A stretch of 64,000 bases of DNA from Candidatus Eiseniibacteriota bacterium (GCA_052390515.1 JBQTGV010000026.1:15961-79960), one strand, 5' to 3'; positions 11,880 through 21,466 are shown, counted from the first letter of the stretch. The notes: generated by a model from the letters alone, not told the origin. Made by a program: numbers and translations.

Positions 11880-13258
11880 CGAGGCGACGGAGCCGCGCGC
11901 GTGGTCTCCTCTGCGTTGCGGCGATGACGGGCGCGGCCGCGCAGGCAGGCTGTCGTACGGAAGGACCTGCGCCCGACGCCGTCTCGCTGCTCGCCCACCC
12001 GGCGCCGTTCCGTGCGAGCCTCGCGGTCTCCAGCGACTGCGACGAGACCGACTCGCCCGAGGAATTCCTGGCGATGTGGTCGTTCCTGGCCGGGAGCGGC
12101 CCCACGCCGGGGGGACCCGGGCTCGGGCTGGAGGTTGGCGGGAGCTTCTGGTTCTTCGACCCGACCGGGCGCTCGACGTTCACCTACTGCCGCGACCGCG
12201 ACGGGACGCTCGCGGAGGCCGCGCCCGTCATCGAGCGCGCGGTGGCGTCGGGTCATCTGGACGTCTTGCACGGGTGGGGCGACTTCAGCGAGGGCGGCTT
12301 CGCGCGGCGCGACGCGGAGACGGCCTGCGCGCTCCTCGAGGGAATCCGGCAGCGCACCGGAGCGACGCTCGAGACCTGGGTGAACCACGGCAACGCGCAG
12401 AATCGCCTGCGGGTCGGGCTCCGTCCCGCGGACGCCGGAGACGATCCCGGTGCGCCGGAGTACCACCTGGACCTGACGCGCGCGGCGGGCATCCGCTTCG
12501 TCCACGGCTGGGAGATCACCCATGTCGTCGGGCAGGAGCGGCCGCTCGGACTGCGCGATCGCGGCAAGGTCGCGGCCGAGCACGTCGCCGATCTCGTGGG
12601 CCGACTGAAGGGCAGGCCGTCCTATCCGAGGAAGTCGGGCAACGACCTGATCTTCCTCCGGACGTACGACGACGGCAGCCGCCTCTGGGCCTTTCGCAGA
12701 TTCCTGCGCCCGTGGTTCGGCGGCGCGTCGGCCCGGGCGGCGGATCTGCCGGAGCAATTGTCGCCGGGGGTCCTCGACGAGCTCGTCTCGAATCGGGGCG
12801 CGATGATCGTGTACACGCACCTGGGCGGGAACGGAGAGCGCCCCGCCGACTGGCTCTCACCCGAAGTCGTCGCGGTGTTCCGCGATCTCGCGGAGCGGAA
12901 CCGCCGCTGGGATCTCCTGCTGGCCACGACGACCCGCCTGCTGCGGTACCAGACGACGCGGAAGCACCTCGTGTGGAGCTGGGCGCACGAGGGCGGCGCG
13001 GTGGTGATCGATCTCGCGGCGGTGGACGATCCGGTCGGCGGAAGGCGCGTGCCGCGCGTCGACGAGCTCATGGGGATCGCCTTCTCGTTGCCGGCGGGAA
13101 CGGAGCGGGTGCGCATCCGCGTGGGAGGGACGGATCTTCCCGACGGCACCGTCCAGCTCGGGACGGACGCCGACGGCCGACCGGCGATCGGGTTTCCGTG
13201 GTCGAAGCTGCGCTGGCCCTTCGAGGACGGTCAGCCGGGCGCGTCGTTGGAGGACTGA
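11876..13258 (+). CDS. Hypothetical secreted/lipo-protein (unknown function)
   Basis: GTG start overlapping the tsaD stop (GTGA). N-terminus MTRRRSRARGLLCVAAMTGAAAQAGC resembles a lipoprotein signal. 460 aa. I recognise no family motif. Confidence 0.45.
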   Translation: MTRRRSRARGLLCVAAMTGAAAQAGCRTEGPAPDAVSLLAHPAPFRASLAVSSDCDETDSPEEFLAMWSFLAGSGPTPGGPGLGLEVGGSFWFFDPTGRSTFTYCRDRDGTLAEAAPVIERAVASGHLDVLHGWGDFSEGGFARRDAETACALLEGIRQRTGATLETWVNHGNAQNRLRVGLRPADAGDDPGAPEYHLDLTRAAGIRFVHGWEITHVVGQERPLGLRDRGKVAAEHVADLVGRLKGRPSYPRKSGNDLIFLRTYDDGSRLWAFRRFLRPWFGGASARAADLPEQLSPGVLDELVSNRGAMIVYTHLGGNGERPADWLSPEVVAVFRDLAERNRRWDLLLATTTRLLRYQTTRKHLVWSWAHEGGAVVIDLAAVDDPVGGRRVPRVDELMGIAFSLPAGTERVRIRVGGTDLPDGTVQLGTDADGRPAIGFPWSKLRWPFEDGQPGASLED

Positions 13259-13348
13259 CCGTGCTCTTTACGCCTGCCAGCCTCTACTGCTACTGGGTCG
13301 GCCATCTCATCGTGAACGGCGGTATGACTCGCATCCGAATGCTTCGAG

Positions 13349-13945
13349 TCAGGGCGTCAGCTCCGGGTAGCACGCGATCACCGCGCGGTACCGCCCGGCC
13401 GGGTCGCCGGCCGTCGCTCCGTACCTGGCCTTGAGGGAGCGCACGGCCTCCAGCAGATCGGCGAGGAACGCCGCCCGCGCGTTCGCGTCGGCGAAGCGCA
13501 GCTCGACCGAGGTGGCGTAGGCGGAGATCTCGCGGTCCTCGGTGACCGCCTCGTCCAGCAGCGCCAGCGAATCCGCGGCGAGCCGCTCGCCGAGAGAGAC
13601 GAGGTTGAGGAGCGTGCGCCGCTTCGTCGTCCCGCCGGCCTTGCGCCGCTCCTCGCCACCGGGAGTGGCACCCTCGCCGATGACGAACGTCCGCGCCATC
13701 GCGACGTAGAGAACCTCGGTGAGGTTGCGGATGCGTCGCGTGCCCGCGCGACGCACCAGGCCCGCGTCCCGCAAGCGGCGGACGTGGTGATTCACCCGCG
13801 GGGGCGGCTCGCCCAGGGCGCGGGCGACCTCGGTGGCGGAGGCCGGAGCACGCAGCCGCGCCAGGATCCGGGAGCGCGCGGGGTGCAGCAGGACCCGGGC
13901 CGTTTCGGGGTCCTCCACCCGCATCTGACGCATCGGCAAGCGCAT
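13349..13945 (-). CDS. ArsR/SmtB-like winged-helix transcriptional regulator with C-terminal extension
   Basis: HTH_20-like block ARVLLHPARSRILARL...SATEVARALGEPPPRVNHHVRRLRDAGLV. Divergent from the c-di-GMP operon. A paralogous protein sits at 57644-58318. Confidence 0.55.
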   Translation of the reverse strand: MRLPMRQMRVEDPETARVLLHPARSRILARLRAPASATEVARALGEPPPRVNHHVRRLRDAGLVRRAGTRRIRNLTEVLYVAMARTFVIGEGATPGGEERRKAGGTTKRRTLLNLVSLGERLAADSLALLDEAVTEDREISAYATSVELRFADANARAAFLADLLEAVRSLKARYGATAGDPAGRYRAVIACYPELTP

Positions 13946-14144
13946 TTCGATCCTCCGCTGGGAAGGGCTTCACGAGAGGCATCGGCTTTCCGGCGAAGCT
14001 CTTGAGGGGCAGGGAGTTCGACCCGCCACAGCGGGCCCGGGAAAAACCCGCCGGGGGGCGGAAACCCCTTCGCCGGGGCGGGCCGCCTGCCGATGACTCC
14101 GAAAGGGGACTGGGCGGCCTACGCCCACCGACCGGGGAGAGGCC

Positions 14145-15104
14145 GTGCCGAGCGAACCCAGCGCCGTCCGAGCCCCGCATCGCATTCTCGTCGTGGACGA
14201 CGAGCCTCCGATCCGGGACATCCTCAAGTTCCAGCTGGAGAACGCCGGGTTCATCGTCTCGACGGCGGAGAACGGCGAAGAGGGCCTCCGGCAGGTCGTG
14301 GAGGATCCGCCCGACCTCGTGCTGCTGGACCTCATGATCCCGCGCAAGGACGGTTACGAGGTTTGCCGGCAGATCAAGAACGGGTACGGGACGCGGCACA
14401 TTCCCGTCATCATCCTGACCGCGCGCGCGGAGCTCGACGAGAAGCTCAAGGGTCTCGAGAACGGGGCGAACGACTACGTCACGAAGCCGTTCTCGATGCC
14501 GGAACTGCTGATGCGCGTGCGCAACGTCCTGGCCTGGAGCCAGTCGCAGCGCGAGGCCAATCCGCTCACCGGGCTTCCCGGCAACGTCTCCATCGAGCGC
14601 GAGCTGACGCAGCGCATCGAGAGCGGCAGCCTCTTCGCCTTCCTCTACAGCGACATCGACAACTTCAAGTCGTTCAACGACTACTACGGCTACGCGCGCG
14701 GAGACGAGGTGATCAAGCGCACCGCGCGCATCCTCACCCGCGCGGTCGCGCTGAGCGGCAACACCGGCGACTTCGTCGGCCACATCGGCGGCGACGACTT
14801 CGTGGTGATGACGAGCCTGGAGAAGGCCGACGCGGTCTCCCGCAAGGTGGTCGAACTGTTCGACGCCGCCTCCAAGGAGTGGTTCGACCCGGAGGATCTG
14901 GAGCGCGGCTACCTGCGCATCCGCAAGCGCTCCGGCGAGGTGATGAAGGTGATGTCGCTGGGCATCACGCTGGCCGTCGTCACCAACCAGAAGACGAAGA
15001 TCCACCACATCGGCGAAGTGGCCGACATCGCCTCGGAGCTCAAGCGCTACGGCAAGGGCATCACCGGCAGTGTCGTGGTACGCGAACGGCGGAGGGCGAT
15101 GTGA
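14145..15104 (+). CDS. Response regulator receiver domain fused to GGDEF diguanylate cyclase domain (GGDDF variant)
   Basis: REC: ILVVDDEPPIRD...DLVLLDLMIPRKDG...TKPF. GGDEF: NPLTGLPGN...YSDIDNFKSFNDYYGYARGDEV...GHIGGDDFVVM. GTG start after GGGGAGAGG. Confidence 0.85.
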   Translation: MPSEPSAVRAPHRILVVDDEPPIRDILKFQLENAGFIVSTAENGEEGLRQVVEDPPDLVLLDLMIPRKDGYEVCRQIKNGYGTRHIPVIILTARAELDEKLKGLENGANDYVTKPFSMPELLMRVRNVLAWSQSQREANPLTGLPGNVSIERELTQRIESGSLFAFLYSDIDNFKSFNDYYGYARGDEVIKRTARILTRAVALSGNTGDFVGHIGGDDFVVMTSLEKADAVSRKVVELFDAASKEWFDPEDLERGYLRIRKRSGEVMKVMSLGITLAVVTNQKTKIHHIGEVADIASELKRYGKGITGSVVVRERRRAM

Positions 15105-17539
15105 TCCGCGATCACCGCACCGAGGTGCCCGAAGCGGGCGAGGGCGCGGCCGCGGCCGATCCGGTCGCGGCGCTCAAGCGGCACATGGAGCGGCGCGTCG
15201 AGCACCTCGACCGCGCCATCCGCGCGCTGGAGGGAATCGCCCGGGACGGCGGGAGCGAGACCGTGCTGCGGCGGATCGCCGGCGCCTTCGCACGGGTCGG
15301 GCCCATCGGCAAGGTGACGCTGTGGGCGCTGCGCTCCGAGGACGGGCTCTACGTGGAGGTGGCTCGCCACGAGAACGGTGAGGCCTCCGGCTACCCGGAG
15401 CCGCCGAGCTTCGCGAGGCGCGCGGAGGCGCTGCGCTCCTGGTGGCAGGGGCTCCCGCGATTCGCCGAGTTCGCGTGGATCCCCGCGAAGCCCACCGCGG
15501 GCGGCCGTCCGGAAGCGGGAGACGTGCTGCTCGTGCCTTTCGCCGGGCCGGACGCGCCCCACTGGGTCGGGTTCCTGATGGCCGAGCTCTCCGCGTGCCC
15601 GGACGATCCCGAGCTGATCGAGGATCTGGAGCGATGGTCGGCGCTGGCCCGGCTCGCGGTGGAGAGCCGCGGCGACGGTGTCTCGGTGCTCTCCCGCCTC
15701 GACGAGCTGCGCGAGGAGCAGCGCGAGGCACGCGATCTGCACCGCATGAAGTCGCAGTTCATCGCCGCGGTCTCGCACGAGCTGCGCACGCCGTTGACCT
15801 CGATCTCGGCGTACGCCGAGGCCCTGCGCCAGCCGCCCGCGGTGGCCGAGCCGGAGACGCGCGACCGCTTCCTGCGCGTCATCCACGACGAGAGCCGGCG
15901 CCTCGCGCGGATCGTCGACGACATCCTGGATCTGGCCACGATGGACGCCGGGCGGGTTCGCCTCGCCTGCCGCCGCATCGACCTCGTTCGCGTGGTCCGC
16001 GACGCCCTCGACGTCATCGCGCCGATCGCCCGGGCGAAGGACATCTCCGTGACCGGGCCTTCGCCCGAGGCCGCCGACGTCCACGCCGACCCGGATCTCA
16101 TGAAGCAGCTCACCGTGAACCTGGTCGAGAACGCGGTGAAGTTCACCCGCCGCGGAGGCAACGTTCGCGTCGAGCTGGAGCGCGAGACGAATGCCGTGCG
16201 GCTCGTCGTCGAGGACGACGGACCGGGGATCCCCACCGGCGAGCTCGACGCGGTGTTCGAGCGCTTCTACCAGGTCGACGGGGCGGACTCCCGGGAGCAC
16301 GGCGGCTCGGGTCTCGGCCTCGCGATCTGCCGCAGCATCGTCACCTGGCACGACGGCCGGATCTGGGCGGAAAGCGGCGAAGGGCGGGGCGCGCGCTTCG
16401 TGGCGTCGCTCCCGAGGATCCGGGCGGTCAGCCGCACGCGCGCGGCCGCTCCGGACGAAGGCGCCGGGCAGCGGGAGGAGCACCGCATCCCCGAGCTGAT
16501 CATCGAGATGATCTCGGAGGTGATGCGCTCCGAAGCGGTCTCCCTCATGCTCCGCGACGAGAACGAAGACGAGCTGTACATCCAGGCCGCGGTCGGCGTT
16601 CCGGATGCCGTCATCCGCGACATCCGCGTGGCGCTGGGCGAGCGCATCGCCGGCACCGTCGCGCAGAGCGGCCGATCCCTCCTGATCCCCGACGTGGAGG
16701 CCGACGGCCGTTTCGCCAAGGGCAGCCCGGACCAGTACCGCACGCGCTCCCTGATCTCGGTGCCGGTCATCCTGCGCAACCGCACCATCGGGGTGATCAA
16801 CGTCACCAACAAGATGACCGGAGAGGGCTTCACCGAGTGGGATCGGCGCCTGCTGGAGATGCTCTCGCAGCGGGTCGCCTTGGTGCTGCAGAAGCTCCGC
16901 GAGTACGGCGACCGCCGCGACTCCATCCAGCGCATGGAGGACGCGATCCACGGCGTCATCGCGGCGCGGCGCCACTACTACCCGAGCCGGGATCCGCACG
17001 CGAGTCTGTTGCAGGCGGTGTGCGAGGATCTGGGCCTCGGGCCGGACGAGACGACGCGCTTGCGCTACACGGCGATGCTCCGCGACGTCGGTATGACGCG
17101 GCTGCCGGAGGGGACGTACCGGAAGCCGGGACGGCTGACGCGCTCCGACCTGGAGGCGATCCACCGCCACCCCGAGGAGGGGGCGAAGGCGATCCGGCCG
17201 ATCGAGTTCCAGTCGGACGTGTTCGACGTGATCCTCGCGCACCACGAGGAGCCGGACGGCACCGGTTACCCGCGCGGCCTCACCGGTGCGGTGATTCCGC
17301 GGGGAGCGCGGATCCTCGCGGTGGTGGACGCGTACGAGGCGCTGCGCGCCGGGCGGCCGTACAAGCAGGCGGTCGACGCGCGGGCGGCGGTCGAGGAGCT
17401 GGTGGCGAACGCAGGGAGCCAGTTCGACGCGGGAGTCGTGGACGCGCTGGTTCGCGTCCTCGAGCGGCAGGGTGACGTCGGAGCGACGATGAAGGGCAGG
17501 CGCGCAGCAGGGAACCACGGAAGCGAGGGGAGACCATGA
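15101..17539 (+). CDS. Sensor histidine kinase (HisKA + HATPase_c) fused to GAF and HD-GYP phosphodiesterase domains
   Basis: H-box FIAAVSHELRTPLTSI. HATPase N/G boxes (LVENAVKFT, DDGPGIP, GGSGLGLAI). GAF (LMLRDENEDELYIQAA...VINVTNK). HD-GYP (HHEEPDGTGYPRGL). GTG start overlaps the upstream stop (GTGA), preceded by GGAGGG. Confidence 0.8.
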   Translation: MIRDHRTEVPEAGEGAAAADPVAALKRHMERRVEHLDRAIRALEGIARDGGSETVLRRIAGAFARVGPIGKVTLWALRSEDGLYVEVARHENGEASGYPEPPSFARRAEALRSWWQGLPRFAEFAWIPAKPTAGGRPEAGDVLLVPFAGPDAPHWVGFLMAELSACPDDPELIEDLERWSALARLAVESRGDGVSVLSRLDELREEQREARDLHRMKSQFIAAVSHELRTPLTSISAYAEALRQPPAVAEPETRDRFLRVIHDESRRLARIVDDILDLATMDAGRVRLACRRIDLVRVVRDALDVIAPIARAKDISVTGPSPEAADVHADPDLMKQLTVNLVENAVKFTRRGGNVRVELERETNAVRLVVEDDGPGIPTGELDAVFERFYQVDGADSREHGGSGLGLAICRSIVTWHDGRIWAESGEGRGARFVASLPRIRAVSRTRAAAPDEGAGQREEHRIPELIIEMISEVMRSEAVSLMLRDENEDELYIQAAVGVPDAVIRDIRVALGERIAGTVAQSGRSLLIPDVEADGRFAKGSPDQYRTRSLISVPVILRNRTIGVINVTNKMTGEGFTEWDRRLLEMLSQRVALVLQKLREYGDRRDSIQRMEDAIHGVIAARRHYYPSRDPHASLLQAVCEDLGLGPDETTRLRYTAMLRDVGMTRLPEGTYRKPGRLTRSDLEAIHRHPEEGAKAIRPIEFQSDVFDVILAHHEEPDGTGYPRGLTGAVIPRGARILAVVDAYEALRAGRPYKQAVDARAAVEELVANAGSQFDAGVVDALVRVLERQGDVGATMKGRRAAGNHGSEGRP

Positions 17540-17913
17540 AGAAGGGGAAGATCCTCGTCGTCGACGACGAGAACTACATCCTCCACATCCTGGACTTCAG
17601 TCTGGGCGCGGAGGGCTACGAGGTGATCACGGCGGAAGACGGCGAGGCCGCGGTGCGCAAGTGCCGCGAGGAGCGCCCGGATCTGGTCGTGCTGGACGTG
17701 ATGATGCCGAAGATGGACGGATTCGAAGCGTGCCGCGCCATCAAGCGGGATCCCGAGCTGGCCGGCACGCCGGTCATTCTGCTCTCCGCCAAGGCCCGCG
17801 ACGTGGATCAGAAGCAGGGCTACGAGGCCGGTGCGGACGACTACATCACCAAGCCGTTCAGTCCGGGACGGCTGGTGGACCGGGTGCACGGGCTGCTGAA
17901 GCAGAGGGCGTGA
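17536..17913 (+). CDS. Single-domain CheY-like response regulator
   Basis: KILVVDDE...DLVVLDVMMPKMDG...TKPF. ATG overlaps the kinase stop (ATGA). Confidence 0.85.
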   Translation: MKKGKILVVDDENYILHILDFSLGAEGYEVITAEDGEAAVRKCREERPDLVVLDVMMPKMDGFEACRAIKRDPELAGTPVILLSAKARDVDQKQGYEAGADDYITKPFSPGRLVDRVHGLLKQRA

Positions 17914-20128
17914 GCGGCGCGCGGATGCGCTGGACGACATCCCGCGCCACCTCCACGACTTCTTGCGGGGCGCTGTAGTCCTCGCCGGCCATCATCTGAA
18001 GGGCGACGAGCAGCGGCTCGAGTTTGCGGGCGGCTGCGGTGTTCCGCAGCGTCCCCAGCACCTCACGGTGGAGACCGTTCGCCGCGCACGCGATGAGGAT
18101 GGCCTGCACGGAGTCGCCGTGCACCTCGAGGGAGGAGTGGTTCGTCAGAACCGGGCGCACGGACATGAGCACGTCCTCCCAGCGGCCGAGCTGCCCGAGC
18201 GTGAAACCCTTGTTGACCAACGCCCTGGCCACCCGAACGGCGAGTTCCGGCTCGGGTCTGTCGGCGAAGCGCGCGACCACCTCGTCGTAGACGCGAATCG
18301 CCTCCTCGGATCGGCCGAGCTGCCCGAGCGTGAGACCCTTGTTGAACAACGCCCTGGCCACACCCTCGGCGAGTTCCGGTTCGGGTCTGTCGGCGAAGCG
18401 CGCGACCACCTCGTCGTAGACACGAATCGCCTCCTCGGATCGGCCGAGCTGCCCGAGCGTGAAACCCTTGTTGACCAACGCCCTGGCCACACCCTCGGCG
18501 AGTTCCGGCTCGGGTCGTTCGGCGAAGCGCGCGACCACCTCGTCGTAGACGCGAATCTCCTCCTCGGATCGGCCGAGCTGTCCGAGCGTGAGACCCTTGT
18601 TGACCAACGCCCAGGCCACCCAAACAGCGAGTTCCGGCTCGGGTCGTTCGGCAAAGCGCGCGACCACCTCGTCGTAGACGCGAATGGTCTCCTCCGTGTC
18701 GCCTCGACTGACCACCTCCGAGAGTCGCGTCATCAGTTCCTCAAGCTCCGCCGCCGCTCGGAGCTGCGAGGGAGCGACCGCCGAGGCGAGGGCCGAGAAC
18801 TCCGGCAGGGCGGAGAGGTCATCGCGCCCTGTCTGCACCAGCCGCCCCGTCAGCTCGTCGTCTTGGCCATAACGATTGACCAGGTAGCGGCAGGCCTCCA
18901 GGTGCGGCAGCCGGCGTTCTGGCGTGAGCCCCTTTGCCTCGGCAGTGATCATGTCGAACGCCTCCGCGGGCCGGTAGAAGCCAACCATGAACGCAACGAC
19001 GGCCCGCGCGCGCTCGGACTCGCTGCTGCTCTGGCGCATGAGGTGATAGATGTTGTACAGGCGCTCGGTGAGTTGGTAGAGAGCCTGCCGCCCGTGCCGG
19101 TCAACTACGGACACCGCCCCCCGGCCGGCGAGCCGCTTGAGCAACGCGCTCGTCGTGTTCACGTTCAACCGAGCTTCCTCCGCCACGCGGCGGGCCGGTG
19201 CCGGCTCCCAGATTTCCGCCAGCTTCACGAACACCCGCCGCTCCTGCGGGGGCAGCGCCTCCACGTTCGCCTTGAAGTACGTGGTGTGATCGTCTACGAG
19301 CACGGTGAGATCCTGAAGGAGCATGTCGAACGAGCGGCCGACGGCGAAGGAGGCGAGGATGGCGAGCAAGCGCGGGTTGCCGCCCGTGAGGATCTCGGTC
19401 GGTCGTGCCTGGAGAGGCGTCAGGGCTTCTCCAGTCACACGCTCCCAGAGCGTACGGCACTCGTCGGTAGTGAGCGGCGGCAGGTCATGTAGACGAAAGA
19501 GCTCGTAGAGCGGGCGATCTGCTCTCTCGATTTCGTCGAAACGAACGGTCGCGGAACCGACCAGCATGATGCGAGGCTCGTTGAGCAGAGTCTCTCGGAG
19601 GTCCCAGCCGGCGTCATCCGAGGCCTGGTCACCGAGGACCATGTTCAGGTTCTCGACGATGACCAGCAGGCGACGACCTTCTTCGTCGGAGAGTTCCCGG
19701 AGCCGCGCCAGCGTCTGCTGGCGGAGCCTCTTCGGGTCCGACTCGGTGCGCAGACGCCCATAGGCTTCCTGCCATCGGGAGGGATCGCGCAGCGCCAGAC
19801 TCGAGGCGGATCCCAAGATGGCGAGCCAGAACTCGCCAGCCGTTGCGACATCGTACAGCTCTTCGGCCGTCGGTACCGGGAGCCACCGCCGAGAGAGAAC
19901 CGCGTCCTCACCGACCGCCTGGGCCAGGCGCCGGAGCAGCATCGTCTTGCCCATTCCCCTGGGCGCGATGACGAGGACGTGCTGGTTCGCACTTCCGTCG
20001 TTGGCGGCGACGAGCTGTTTCAGGAGGTCGAGCTCTCGTGTGCGTACCACGAAAGCGGCGCGCAGCTCAGCCGGGGTCAGGAACGCCGGGTTGTGCTTGA
20101 TCAGGGCGTCCCGTGGTGCGCTGCTCAT
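17858..20128 (-). CDS. STAND-like P-loop NTPase with C-terminal array of four near-identical 40-aa helical (TPR-like) repeats
   Basis: Walker A VLVIAPRGMGKTMLLRRL and Walker B-like LLVIVEN. N-terminal region resembles PF01637-type ATPases (FVVRTRELDLLKQL...). C-terminus has 4x EEIRVYDEVVARFAERPEPELAEGVARALVNKGFTLGQLGRS. Start chosen at the second Met (MSSAPRD) so that ATG overlaps the upstream stop by 4 nt. The listed ORF begins 16 codons earlier, at 20176. Confidence 0.65.
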   Translation of the reverse strand: MSSAPRDALIKHNPAFLTPAELRAAFVVRTRELDLLKQLVAANDGSANQHVLVIAPRGMGKTMLLRRLAQAVGEDAVLSRRWLPVPTAEELYDVATAGEFWLAILGSASSLALRDPSRWQEAYGRLRTESDPKRLRQQTLARLRELSDEEGRRLLVIVENLNMVLGDQASDDAGWDLRETLLNEPRIMLVGSATVRFDEIERADRPLYELFRLHDLPPLTTDECRTLWERVTGEALTPLQARPTEILTGGNPRLLAILASFAVGRSFDMLLQDLTVLVDDHTTYFKANVEALPPQERRVFVKLAEIWEPAPARRVAEEARLNVNTTSALLKRLAGRGAVSVVDRHGRQALYQLTERLYNIYHLMRQSSSESERARAVVAFMVGFYRPAEAFDMITAEAKGLTPERRLPHLEACRYLVNRYGQDDELTGRLVQTGRDDLSALPEFSALASAVAPSQLRAAAELEELMTRLSEVVSRGDTEETIRVYDEVVARFAERPEPELAVWVAWALVNKGLTLGQLGRSEEEIRVYDEVVARFAERPEPELAEGVARALVNKGFTLGQLGRSEEAIRVYDEVVARFADRPEPELAEGVARALFNKGLTLGQLGRSEEAIRVYDEVVARFADRPEPELAVRVARALVNKGFTLGQLGRWEDVLMSVRPVLTNHSSLEVHGDSVQAILIACAANGLHREVLGTLRNTAAARKLEPLLVALQMMAGEDYSAPQEVVEVARDVVQRIRAPLTPSASAARAPGPPAVPD
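18175..18700. repeat. Four and a fraction near-identical approximately 120-bp tandem direct repeats (encoding the 40-aa repeats of the STAND-like NTPase)
   Basis: Repeated blocks ...cggccgagctgcccgagcgtga[ag]acccttgtt[ga]a[ca]caacgccctggccac...ggcgagttccgg[ct]tcgggtc...ggcgaagcgcgcgaccacctcgtcgtagac[ag]cgaatcgcctcctcggat. I estimate over 90% nucleotide identity between copies. Confidence 0.8.
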
Positions 20129-21405
20129 CGCCGCTTCCTGGCCGACACGTAGCCGTCTCCGAAGCGGCGCTTCCACCAGTCTCGGAGGAGGTGTGACGCG
20201 AACCGGTACGTGTCCGGGGTGGCCGGATCCTGCTCGAGGTAGCCGTCGTGTTCGAGCACACCGAGGACGTCCCCCCGCGCCGCACGCTGTTCGCCGGGAT
20301 CGATGATGTTGTGACGGACCAGAATGTCCAGCGCCTCGGCGGTGAGTAGGCCCACGACCGCTGCTTCGGTAAGCACGTCCAGGGCGAGCGGGACGATCTC
20401 CGGAGCCAGAACGCGCAGCAGACGCTCCTCGTAGTCAGCCAGTTCTGCGTGCCCGCGGTTTCCAAGCATGGCATGGTCGTAGATGCGGCCCGCATCTTTG
20501 GCGGAGGGTGTGCGGGTGACTCGACGGATGCAGTCATCCAGGAGCACACCGAAGTACATCTGGACGTGGTGCGGCACGCAGACGCCGATGCGGTCCAACA
20601 TGACCCGCCGAACGTCGGGAGGGAGCTGGATCTCGTAGTTCGCGGCGAGGGCAGCAAGGCACGCATCGGCGACCTCGCGAGGCCACGGTGCGAGGTGAAA
20701 CGGCCTCAAGTGATTGATCGTGTGGCTGAGATCGACGCGGTGGACGACTGGCTCCAGGCCGATGGAGCCACACACCACGATGCGCAGCCGCCCCATGTGC
20801 TCGATGCAGGCTTTGCGGAGCCAGGACAGCAGAACGTCGGCCTGCCGCCGCCCCTCCGCGGTGATGTCCTTCTGTCCGCCTCGGAGCAGGCGGCTCAGGG
20901 CGACGGGGAGCTCATCCAGACACAGGACGATGGGATGCTCGGCCTTGACCAGTTCGCCCAGGAGGCTCTGGCCGCGCGGTTGCCATGCCTCGGCCGTCGC
21001 CTCCCGGAACTTCAGTTCGATCTGATCCAGGCTGAGAGACTCGATGGTACCTCTCGCCTGTCCCAGGGACGTGGCGATGGTGTCCAGCGTCCGGCGCCAC
21101 AGGGTCCTGTGTGCCTGGGTCGCGAGGGAGAGCGCAACGACGACGTCGTCCGCGGTCTCGCAGGCCTGCAGATCGACGAAGAGCGTGAGGTCCCGTCCCC
21201 GCTCGTCCAGCCGTTGAAGGGTCTCCTTCAGCAGACTCGTCTTGCCAATGCGCCGCGGCGCCGCGAGGAGCACGTGCTGACCCTCGTCCAGAAGGCGGAT
21301 AAGGCTCGCGACCTCGGCCTCGCGATCCCAAAAGTCCGCTCCAGCGACCCAGTTCCCTACCCTGCTTACAAGTTTGGGGCTCTCAGCCATCGAATCACCC
21401 GCCAT
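20125..21405 (-). CDS. Predicted AAA+ ATPase of the PF01637 (archaeal-type ATPase_2, often +DUF234) family
   Basis: FWDREAEVASLIRLLDEGQHVLLAAPRRIGKTSLLKE (Walker A) and IVLCLDELP (Walker B hhhhDE). 426 aa, typical for ATPase_2+DUF234 proteins. First gene of a two-gene minus-strand unit. Confidence 0.65.
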   Translation of the reverse strand: MAGDSMAESPKLVSRVGNWVAGADFWDREAEVASLIRLLDEGQHVLLAAPRRIGKTSLLKETLQRLDERGRDLTLFVDLQACETADDVVVALSLATQAHRTLWRRTLDTIATSLGQARGTIESLSLDQIELKFREATAEAWQPRGQSLLGELVKAEHPIVLCLDELPVALSRLLRGGQKDITAEGRRQADVLLSWLRKACIEHMGRLRIVVCGSIGLEPVVHRVDLSHTINHLRPFHLAPWPREVADACLAALAANYEIQLPPDVRRVMLDRIGVCVPHHVQMYFGVLLDDCIRRVTRTPSAKDAGRIYDHAMLGNRGHAELADYEERLLRVLAPEIVPLALDVLTEAAVVGLLTAEALDILVRHNIIDPGEQRAARGDVLGVLEHDGYLEQDPATPDTYRFASHLLRDWWKRRFGDGYVSARKRR

Positions 21406-21432
21406 ACGGTGCGCTGCAGATCGCCAACAAAT

Positions 21433-21466
21433 CCGTTGCCAACAAACTAGTTGGCTACCGACGGTC
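21433..21466. promoter_or_regulatory. Lower-GC putative promoter/operator upstream of the ATPase pair: direct repeat GCCAACAAA x2 plus inverted repeat GCCAAC-N7-GTTGGC
   Basis: Sequence tcGCCAACAAAtccgttGCCAACAAActaGTTGGCtacc lies 28-60 nt upstream of the 21405 start codon, in the only notably AT-richer stretch of this region. Confidence 0.3.

Noticed and set aside
11876-13258. Assigning the 460-aa lipoprotein to polysaccharide deacetylase (CE4)
   Set aside because: Some His-containing blocks are superficially similar, but the canonical TFDDG / HSxxHP / RxPY motifs are not present, so I left it as hypothetical.
13290-17518. Giant minus-strand ORFs 13290-15008 (572 aa) and 15047-17518 (823 aa) antisense to the c-di-GMP operon
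   Set aside because: No motifs, extreme Arg/Pro/Gly bias, and fully shadowed by strongly supported sense-strand signalling genes.
18063-18654. Arg/Gly-rich repetitive ORFs (186 aa, 169 aa) on the minus strand within the repeat array
   Set aside because: Alternative-frame artefacts generated by the 120-bp tandem repeat. The frame with Walker motifs and a coherent helical repeat is the genuine one.
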